Of a stretch of 64,000 nucleotides of DNA, positions 1 through 6,902 are shown piece after piece. The notes beneath the pieces are model-generated. The model had not been told where the DNA came from and did no database searches. It saw only the letters and a program-made list of their open reading frames with translations. Position 1 is the first letter of the stretch; every line of letters begins with the position of its first letter. Both the position numbers and the translations under genes were made by a program. This DNA is from an uncultured candidate division WWE3 bacterium. GTDB lineage: Bacteria > Patescibacteriota > WWE3 > UBA101185 > UBA10185. The stretch is from contig CAIRNR010000007.1 in NCBI GenBank assembly GCA_903879985.1, positions 5,382-69,381 of the forward strand, written 5' to 3'.

Positions 1-15
1 GGCCACAATAAAGGT

Positions 16-996
16 TTAACTAATAAAATTAAACAAATAACCTATCAGCATTACTCCAACTAAAGTAATCACCAAAAAAACAGCTAAAAGTTGCCAACGC
101 ATAACCTTTTTAAGAATCATCAATTCAGGAAAAGACACAGTAACTATTGCCGTCATAAAAGCCAAAGCCGTACCAAGTGGAACACCTTTTTGAACAAGAG
201 CTTCCATAATCGGAATTACGCTTACGGAATTCGCATAAAATGGCGCACCAAGCAATGTAGCAACAGGAACAGCCCACCATGTTCGCATGGATAAATACTT
301 TTCAACCAATGCTGCAGGAACAAAACCGTGAATTAATGCGCCTACTCCAACGCCTAAAATTACATAAGGAAAAACACTTTTTGTAATTGTCATGCCATCG
401 GACCAAAAATACTTTAATAACTCTACTTTGGATAATGCAACTCCCCCATTATCAAACTCAAGCTGTTGCTTAGACTTAAACTTTAATAACTCCGGTTTAA
501 CATACTTATCAAGGTGAAGTTTATGAATTAGCATCCCACCTAACATTGCTACTAAAATTCCTAACAAATTATAAATGATTGTTACTTTTAACCCAAACAT
601 TGCAGGAAATAAATAAAGTGAGGACTCATTTACCAGAGGTGAACTTATTAGAAATGCAAAAGTAACTCCTAAAGGTATACCGGCACCAACAAAACCAATA
701 AATAACGGTATTGAGGAGCACGAACAAAAAGGTGTTACCACACCAAGTAATGCAGCGAATAAATAATCTAGTCCAAACCAACGACGCTTTGCCAAAATGT
801 CCCTAACTTTTTCCATAGGAAAGTAATAGCGCGTTATAGCCATAACATAGTTGATTACGATTAAAAGTAAACCAATCTTAATGACATCATATATAAAAAA
901 GTTGAGAGTATCGCCAAGGTAAGAATTTTCAGTTAAATTAAACCACTTATATGTTACTAAGTCGGAAAAAAGTTGTAGAGGCTTAAAAATATCCAT
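16..996 (-). CDS. multi-TM permease with paired CxC motifs (COG0701/DUF318-like 'predicted permease')
   Basis: 326 aa, strongly hydrophobic throughout, with a 'CSCSS' motif. ATG at 996 was checked. It is the last gene of an arsR / thioredoxin-like / permease operon. Confidence 0.55.
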   Translation of the reverse strand: MDIFKPLQLFSDLVTYKWFNLTENSYLGDTLNFFIYDVIKIGLLLIVINYVMAITRYYFPMEKVRDILAKRRWFGLDYLFAALLGVVTPFCSCSSIPLFIGFVGAGIPLGVTFAFLISSPLVNESSLYLFPAMFGLKVTIIYNLLGILVAMLGGMLIHKLHLDKYVKPELLKFKSKQQLEFDNGGVALSKVELLKYFWSDGMTITKSVFPYVILGVGVGALIHGFVPAALVEKYLSMRTWWAVPVATLLGAPFYANSVSVIPIMEALVQKGVPLGTALAFMTAIVTVSFPELMILKKVMRWQLLAVFLVITLVGVMLIGYLFNFIS

Positions 997-999
997 GAA

Positions 1000-1296
1000 T
1001 TAACAACAACTTCCGCCACCGCAACTACAAGAAGATTTTTGTTCTGTAACTAAAGCACCAAATAAAATTGATTTCTTAATCTTTTCTATATCCTGGGAAC
1101 CACCGATCATGACAGGTTTTCCATTTACTGTTAAAACCGGACTGGTCATTATTCCCATTTCGATAATTTTTGTAACATCGGTTATATATTCCAACTCGAC
1201 ATCATCTTTAAGAGTCAGTTCTGTTATAGCCTGCTTTGTTAACTCAAATAATTTTTTACATGTAGGACAACCTGAACCTAAAACTTGAATATACAT
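1000..1296 (-). CDS. thioredoxin-fold redox-active disulfide protein (Thioredoxin_3-like)
   Basis: 98 aa with a 'GCPTCKK' CxxC motif near the N-terminus and a C-terminal Cys-rich tail 'SCSCGGGSCC'. It lies 3 nt upstream of the permease gene. Confidence 0.7.
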   Translation of the reverse strand: MYIQVLGSGCPTCKKLFELTKQAITELTLKDDVELEYITDVTKIIEMGIMTSPVLTVNGKPVMIGGSQDIEKIKKSILFGALVTEQKSSCSCGGGSCC

Positions 1297-1310
1297 AAAA
1301 CTCCTTAAAA

Positions 1311-1622
1311 TTAATACAACTCAAATAGCAAGTCAGTAACCTTTTTACCTTTAGCAGTCAACGAATAGTAAACGTATAACCCACGTTTTTCATCAGAAAC
1401 CATATCAATGTCTTTTAAATCTTTTAGGTGATGCGAAATTAAACTTTGAGATAGTTCCAGATGTTCCATAATTTCACAAACACAATGATCACCAGCACGC
1501 AATATACAAAGAATTTTTAGGCGGCTTTCTTCGCTCACAATTTTTAATAATGCTGTAATTGTAGCTACTTGTTGTGATTCTTTAGACGATTGTTCGCAGC
1601 AACTGCATGAACTCATGTTCAT
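1311..1622 (-). CDS. ArsR/SmtB family metalloregulator
   Basis: 103 aa. 'RLKILCILRAGDHCVCEIMEHLELSQSLISHHLKDLK' matches the ArsR HTH with the metal-binding CVC motif. Confidence 0.75.
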   Translation of the reverse strand: MNMSSCSCCEQSSKESQQVATITALLKIVSEESRLKILCILRAGDHCVCEIMEHLELSQSLISHHLKDLKDIDMVSDEKRGLYVYYSLTAKGKKVTDLLFELY

Positions 1623-1740
1623 ATAGTATGTCGTCGGTAGAAGGAAGTCAATGGGAAATGGTTGAATTTTTTTGGGGTCGGTAGTGGAGGCTAATCTAAA
1701 CCAATTGGTTGATGTTTTGGTGATGTTTCAAAAAATTGAC

Positions 1741-1792
1741 TTCGCAAAAGAAAAGGCACCCTTATTTTTGTAAGAGTGCCTTATTTGGATGC
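1741..1792 (-). terminator. rho-independent terminator candidate downstream of the GC-rich gene
   Basis: An AAGGCAC...GTGCCTT hairpin, followed on the minus strand by TTTTCTTTTGCG. Confidence 0.45.
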
Positions 1793-1801
1793 ATATCTGA
1801 A

Positions 1802-2830
1802 TTACATGTGAATCATGCTTTCCAGTTTTACGCCAGATATTACCTTTCCGTTATTGATATCCCGTGCCTCGTTGCCTTGTCTGGCCTGTAGCACATAGGT
1901 ATCAGCCCTGATAAGTTGTCCCTCACGCCCAGTATCTCCTTCCAAAATCACACATTCGATGTATTCCTTTTGAAGGTTTTTTTCAGGGTCAGCGAGAAGG
2001 ACCAGCAGAACGTTATCCGCTCGTAAGAAAGCCGGTGTAGCCATTTTTAAGCCCCCCTCAACTTTCCACCAAACCTTCCGAGCCATGACGCCGATCTTTT
2101 CGGTACAGTCTTTGTTGCTAATCCAAACAACACCAACTGGATCGTGTTCACCAACATCGTCAAAGAAGACCGGTCCTTTGCCATAGGCATTGGCGATGAA
2201 GTTCAACAGCCCGTCGGGATCATCAGTAACGAAATCCCAATGTGCTGCAACATCATGCGGACCATCTGGGAACCATTGATGCTCACGATAAGTTCCATCT
2301 TCCATAGGGAAGTATGTACGATTGTGATCGCCCGGTACGTCTCTTATCATACCGTTTTCACGAGCTGCGCAGTTGACCCTATATGTTTCTTCATCGGGAA
2401 AACGCACGCCGACATGGTGAAGTTTGAGCGACTTTACCTCGCGATCATAAAGCGTCAGCAAAGCAAGCAGGCGATCGTGTTCTTGCGCCATTTTGCTTAC
2501 AGCAACGATCGTCCCGTTCAGTGCAACGCCGCCCATCCAATGAAGGCTCAGCTCATTGCTTTCGACTGGAGTCATCACGAGCTTTCCATCAAGACCAGCT
2601 CCTGCAAGGACCAGTTCGCCCATTTTACAGTAAGCTACATGCGGTGCGCGCGAAGTATTTCCTTCCGAAACGATACCCGCCCAGCCACCAAAAGCGACCA
2701 TATCACGGTCGGCTTCGACTGAGGCGACAACCACATAGGCGAAAATTCCCATTGCCTTGCACAGTTGTGCAGCAAATTCGTGGTTATCGTGGATACTCAT
2801 TACAGTATCAGCAGCATCTTCGTAATCCAT
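1802..2830 (-). CDS. hypothetical protein with atypical GC (likely start at internal Met 'MDYEDAAD', RBS AAAGGAGATGAAACA)
   Basis: The ORF is 1802..2950. An AAAGGAG Shine-Dalgarno sits in front of the ATG at 2830. The segment is clearly GC-richer than its neighbours. I recognise no family. Confidence 0.5.
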   Translation of the reverse strand: MDYEDAADTVMSIHDNHEFAAQLCKAMGIFAYVVVASVEADRDMVAFGGWAGIVSEGNTSRAPHVAYCKMGELVLAGAGLDGKLVMTPVESNELSLHWMGGVALNGTIVAVSKMAQEHDRLLALLTLYDREVKSLKLHHVGVRFPDEETYRVNCAARENGMIRDVPGDHNRTYFPMEDGTYREHQWFPDGPHDVAAHWDFVTDDPDGLLNFIANAYGKGPVFFDDVGEHDPVGVVWISNKDCTEKIGVMARKVWWKVEGGLKMATPAFLRADNVLLVLLADPEKNLQKEYIECVILEGDTGREGQLIRADTYVLQARQGNEARDINNGKVISGVKLESMIHM

Positions 2831-3033
2831 TGTTTCATCTCCTTTTTGATGATTGATTATTCCGCAAAATATTTGTTGCGGTTTTGGATAGCTAATATGC
2901 ACAATTATAAGTGAAAATAGCTTTTTGGTCAAACTATAGGATAACTGCACACAACAGTGTAGCTTCTAGGTAAAACTCTTCGGATCGATTATTCGTTTGG
3001 GTATACTGAAAAAGTTTCGATGTAACAATCTAA

Positions 3034-3150
3034 ATTACTTGGGGTGGCTTCCTAACAAAGTTTAGAACTGCAATTGAGGAAAACATTAACTACATTCCCA
3101 AATATCCAGAGTTTGAAGATGTAGCCATTTTGAACAAGAGATTTATATAA
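3034..3150 (+). pseudogene. copy 1 of orphaned 3' fragment of the serine-recombinase gene (…ITWGGFLTKFRTAIEENINYIPKYPEFEDVAILNKRFI*), begins at att core TTGGGGTGGC
   Basis: About 105 bp, roughly 90% identical to 4888..5004. The substitutions are synonymous or conservative in the + frame. There is no start codon. The core matches the antisense 3' end of tRNA-His. Confidence 0.7.
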
Positions 3151-3279
3151 CATTGTTCTTGTAACGCTGAAAACCACTGCAGTAACAGGCTTTTACTTAT
3201 AAATAATTTTTGATACAATGACGAAGTCAAATAACTTGAGCTGGAATGCTCTAAACCTAGTAGATAAAGGAGAAATACA

Positions 3280-3420
3280 ATGTCCAAAAATGGTCCTGAC
3301 GATGATGAAGATGAGGACACCCCAGATCCCGAAGACAACGACGCTGATGGTATCGGTGATGACGGTCAAGACGACTCGGGCGACGATGACAGTGACGACA
3401 GCGATACCGACGATCAATAA
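3280..3420 (+). CDS. 46-aa extremely acidic (poly-Asp/Glu) mini-protein
   Basis: A perfect AAAGGAG RBS sits 8 nt upstream of the ATG. The product is MSKNGPDDDEDEDTPDPEDNDADGIGDDGQDDSGDDDSDDSDTDDQ*. It is followed directly by a strong terminator. It is absent from the ORF track because it is shorter than 60 aa. Confidence 0.55.
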   Translation: MSKNGPDDDEDEDTPDPEDNDADGIGDDGQDDSGDDDSDDSDTDDQ

Positions 3421-3444
3421 TCGCTGAACTCGCAAAGCACTAAG

Positions 3445-3490
3445 TAGCTAGACACCAACCTAAAAGTTATGTCTAGCTATTCTTTTATTT
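3445..3490. terminator. bidirectional rho-independent terminator
   Basis: A perfect 10-bp stem TAGCTAGACA/TGTCTAGCTA with a 15-nt loop, then TTCTTTTATTT. It sits between the stop of the acidic gene (+) and the stop of the M16 gene (-). Confidence 0.65.
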
Positions 3491-3500
3491 GGCGTAGGTT

Positions 3501-4793
3501 TTATAGGTTGATTTTAATGCTTTGTACGAAAGCGTCATCTACAGAACCTGCTAAAGATAAATACCAATTGTTAGCTGTAAGGTATTTTTCAGTTACTCTT
3601 TTTATGTCCTCAATTGTTACTGATTCTACTTCTTTAAGGTAATCCTCAATTGTCCATGTATCATTTGGGTAATATAAATCTCTATAGTCATGCACATCTA
3701 CCCATGCTTCAGAGGTCTGCATCTTAGTTTTAGTTGATTTTGTTAGTCTGTTTTTAACTAATTGCAGTTCATCTGCTGTTGAACCTTCACTAGCCATTCT
3801 TTTTATTTCAATGCAAATTATATCTAATACTTCTTGCAATTTGCTCTTTGCAACCGATGTAGTTATGTTAAACGCACCGCCATCAACAAAAGAACCATTA
3901 TTTGAATTTATAGAATAAATAAGACCACGTTCGTAACGTAATTTCTTTATCAAAACACCTGTTCTTCCCCCCGCTAAAATACTTGCTAATAGACTTAGAG
4001 TTCTAGTGTCACTATTAGCCATATTCGGAGTTCTAAAACTTAAGCGGGTCTCTATACTTTTATTATCAAAAAAAGCGTATTCAATAACCTTATCCCTAAA
4101 AACGGGTAAGTCATTTTCAAAGATAGGTCTTTCGCCTTGAGGTAAAGATAGGTGCTTTTCCAATAGAGGTAGTAAGGTATCTTTACTTAAATCACCTGCA
4201 ACAATTATTGTAGCCAACGAGCTTTTAATAAACTTATGATAAAAACCTAGCATATCCTCTTTAGTTATACTTCCAATTGATTCTGCCGTGCCCAGATTGG
4301 ATTTTCCTACAACCGTTTTCTGATAAACAAGTGGTCTGGATATTTCCACTAACATTTTACTTGGATTTGATTTTTTAGATTCTAGCTCACGCAAAATTGC
4401 CCCACGCTCTTTTTCAATAGTTTTTTCATCAAATAGTGCATTTAATAGCACATCTGATACCAGTCTAATAGCCGACTCCGTGTCATGTGGGTCACCAAGA
4501 GAAACATTTATATCTAGCTTATCTGAACTTGTTGAAGCACCTATAGAACCTCCTAAGTCCTCAATAAAACCTGCCATTATATCTTTTGTAGGATAGGTTT
4601 TAGTACCTGCTAAGAGCATATGTTCCATAAAATGTGCTAAACCCTCTTTGCCTTCTGGGTCAAATCTTGAACCTGCAATAAAAGTAATAAGTAGGTGTAC
4701 AGGCATTTTAGTTCTATTAAATAGCACTACATGCGTTCCAGACGATAAATTAAAGGTTTCTCTTTTTACATTGAAGTCTTCTAGGGTAAACAT
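3501..4793 (-). CDS. M16 family zinc metallopeptidase (pitrilysin/insulinase-like), active-site HxxEH present
   Basis: 430 aa. 'HFMEHM' is the inverted zinc-binding motif, and the downstream E-rich region is typical of M16. ATG was checked at 4793. Confidence 0.8.
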   Translation of the reverse strand: MFTLEDFNVKRETFNLSSGTHVVLFNRTKMPVHLLITFIAGSRFDPEGKEGLAHFMEHMLLAGTKTYPTKDIMAGFIEDLGGSIGASTSSDKLDINVSLGDPHDTESAIRLVSDVLLNALFDEKTIEKERGAILRELESKKSNPSKMLVEISRPLVYQKTVVGKSNLGTAESIGSITKEDMLGFYHKFIKSSLATIIVAGDLSKDTLLPLLEKHLSLPQGERPIFENDLPVFRDKVIEYAFFDNKSIETRLSFRTPNMANSDTRTLSLLASILAGGRTGVLIKKLRYERGLIYSINSNNGSFVDGGAFNITTSVAKSKLQEVLDIICIEIKRMASEGSTADELQLVKNRLTKSTKTKMQTSEAWVDVHDYRDLYYPNDTWTIEDYLKEVESVTIEDIKRVTEKYLTANNWYLSLAGSVDDAFVQSIKINL

Positions 4794-4887
4794 ATTGCTA
4801 TGATAACACTATTTAGTATGCTTATCCTTTATGTTAGTTCTAACCTTGATTTGGGGTAATTAGTTTTATGTTGATGTGACAATTTAG

Positions 4888-5004
4888 ATATTTTGGGGTG
4901 GCTTCTTAACAAAGTTTAGAACTGCTATTGAGGAAAACATTAACTACATTCCCAAATATCCAGAGTTTGAAGATGTAAGCATTTTGAGCAAACGCTTTAT
5001 TTAG
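4888..5004 (+). pseudogene. copy 2 of orphaned 3' fragment of the serine-recombinase gene (…IFWGGFLTKFRTAIEENINYIPKYPEFEDVSILSKRFI*), begins at att core TTTGGGGTGGC
   Basis: The 11-bp core is identical to 17392..17402 inside the tRNA-His 3' end. The reading frame continues the serine recombinase ORF exactly (…SIWGG|FLTKF…). Confidence 0.7.
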
Positions 5005-5185
5005 TCTTTTCCGCTCCTATCTTCTTATTAAGCTCTTTTCGCTGTTCTGGTGTCATAGCTATAAATCTATCTATCATAAAATTAGCCAACTTATACATAT
5101 GCTCAACAGTTTTTACGATTTGTTCATCAGACATGCCTTTTGCAGTATCTCCAAGTATTGATTTAGCCTTTTCTAGCGTTACCAT
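4997..5185 (-). CDS. small hypothetical protein (62 aa; alternative start at Met18)
   Basis: The ORF is open, but there is no clear RBS. It overlaps the next small gene by 23 nt. Confidence 0.3.
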   Translation of the reverse strand: MVTLEKAKSILGDTAKGMSDEQIVKTVEHMYKLANFMIDRFIAMTPEQRKELNKKIGAEKTK

Positions 5186-5340
5186 CTGTTTCTTTCTTTT
5201 GAATTGGTTTGGTAATAACCTTCATAAAGTTAAAAAGTCTGTTTGCTTTATCAAAGGCTTCTGCGTCACTAAGCTCAACTCCAACCTCTTTTTTATAAAT
5301 CTGCTTAAATTCATCTATCGCTTCTTTTGGTAGTGTCATA
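5163..5340 (-). CDS. small (~59 aa) protein, paralogue of 14027..14218 (shared '…F(K)xxYxKxxGVEL(S/T)xxExxxKANxLxNF…')
   Basis: The start is placed at the internal Met 'MTLPKEAIDEF'. It aligns with the 63-aa product at the other end of the element. Confidence 0.45.
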
Positions 5341-5418
5341 CATAAAATAATACCCTCATAATGGCACTTCTGGTATATAATCCTGCTTAGGTATAGCAAA
5401 ATTAGGATAAATATAAAG

Positions 5419-6834
5419 ATGATAACTAAGACAGACTTTTTAGCTTATATAGACGCACCACGCCACTTTTGGGCTTTAAAAAACAATAAGTATGACCTAA
5501 CCCTATCCGATTTTGATAAACACCTGATAGAACAAGGCTACATAGTAGAAACTAAGGCGAGGGAATACGCTCAAAGATATCTGTTACCCAATTATTCAAC
5601 TGATGAAACTGACTTAGTTTTTCAAAGAGCTTGTGAAGACGGTGAATTTCAAGCTAGGTCTGATATTTTGATTAGAAACTCAACTACTAATAAATGGGAT
5701 ATTTACGAAGTAAAAAGTGTAACCAAACCTGAACCAGAGCATTATTATGACGCATGTTTCCAAACAATCATCTTTGAAGAGAACTTGGATATTGCAAATG
5801 TTTTTATCCTGCATGTGAACAATGACTATATACGAGAAGGTGATTTTGACTTGGGTTTGTTTATAAAAACAGAAGATGTAACTCAAAAAGTGAAAGAGTT
5901 AAAGGAAGACACCTTGAATAAAATGAAGGATTGCCTGTTTTTAGTTAGTACAGATAACTATAAACTCGCTACAGAGTGCTTCAAACCTAAGGAATGCCAC
6001 TGCAAAGAGCTTTGCTTTCCTAACCTACCAGCAGATTCAATCTACAATCTATCAAGAATTACAGAAAAGAAGATTTTAGAACTACGAGATAACGACATTT
6101 TGAATATAACCGATATACCTGATGACTTTAGTCTAACTTCAAACCAAAGGGTACAGGTGGCGGTAGCCAAAAGAAACGAAATACTTATAAATAAACAAGC
6201 CATTAAAAATGATTTAGAAGCACTCACCTACCCTCTATATTTTCTTGACTATGAAACCTACCCCTCTGCAATTCCAATGTATGACGGGTATAAACCTTAT
6301 CAACATATGGTGTTTCAATACTCACTACATATTTTAAAAAACCCAGACGATAAAGAGCTACAACACTACGAGTATGTTGTAACAACGCAAAATGAACCGT
6401 GCAAAGAGCTTCTAACACACATGAAACAGCATATTGGGGAAACAGGCAGTGTAATTGTTTGGTATAAACCATTTGAATGTTCCAGAAACAAAGAGATGGC
6501 AGAACTATGCCCAGACTTTGCTGATTTTATGGAATCGGTTAACGACAGGGTATACGACCTAATGGACATATTTAAAAATAACTATTATGTAGACCCAAAG
6601 TTTAAGGGCAGTAACTCAATTAAAGATGTTTTGCCTGTTTTAGTTCCAGAACTCAACTACAAAGCCTTAGATATTCAAAGTGGCACAATGGCAATGACTG
6701 GTTGGTACGAGATAGTTTATGAGAATAAAGACCAAGTAGAAAAAGATAAAATACTAAAAAATCTTTTAACTTATTGTGAGCAAGATACTTTAGCGATGGT
6801 AAAAATTTTGGAGTTTCTGACCAAGTTGGCATAG
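5419..6834 (+). CDS. two-domain nuclease: N-terminal Cas4/RecB-like PD-(D/E)xK domain + C-terminal DEDDy-type 3'-5' exonuclease-like domain (DUF2779-like architecture)
   Basis: The N-terminal part has 'DILIRN…WDIYEVKSV' (D…EVK) followed by a Cys cluster 'CFKPKECHCKELC'. The C-terminal part has 'LDYET', 'DLMD' and 'YCEQD', which match the ExoI/II/III motifs. Confidence 0.55.
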   Translation: MITKTDFLAYIDAPRHFWALKNNKYDLTLSDFDKHLIEQGYIVETKAREYAQRYLLPNYSTDETDLVFQRACEDGEFQARSDILIRNSTTNKWDIYEVKSVTKPEPEHYYDACFQTIIFEENLDIANVFILHVNNDYIREGDFDLGLFIKTEDVTQKVKELKEDTLNKMKDCLFLVSTDNYKLATECFKPKECHCKELCFPNLPADSIYNLSRITEKKILELRDNDILNITDIPDDFSLTSNQRVQVAVAKRNEILINKQAIKNDLEALTYPLYFLDYETYPSAIPMYDGYKPYQHMVFQYSLHILKNPDDKELQHYEYVVTTQNEPCKELLTHMKQHIGETGSVIVWYKPFECSRNKEMAELCPDFADFMESVNDRVYDLMDIFKNNYYVDPKFKGSNSIKDVLPVLVPELNYKALDIQSGTMAMTGWYEIVYENKDQVEKDKILKNLLTYCEQDTLAMVKILEFLTKLA

Positions 6835-6902
6835 TTACCAATACTAAGGCTTTTCTAAAAACTATTAGACTTGTAGAATGTTAATGGAGTTATTATATAA
6901 AT

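Noticed and set aside
2144-2856. Plus-strand ORFs 2144..2722 and 2521..2856
   Set aside because: They are antisense to the GC-rich gene 1802..2830. Long antisense frames are expected in GC-rich coding sequence, and the minus-strand gene has the RBS.
3090-3435. ORFs 3090..3338 (-), 3193..3435 (-), 3218..3427 (+) with poly-Ser/Val/Thr translations
   Set aside because: They are frame-shifted or antisense readings of the GAT/GAC/GAA-repeat acidic mini-gene. Only the 3280..3420 frame has an RBS and terminator.
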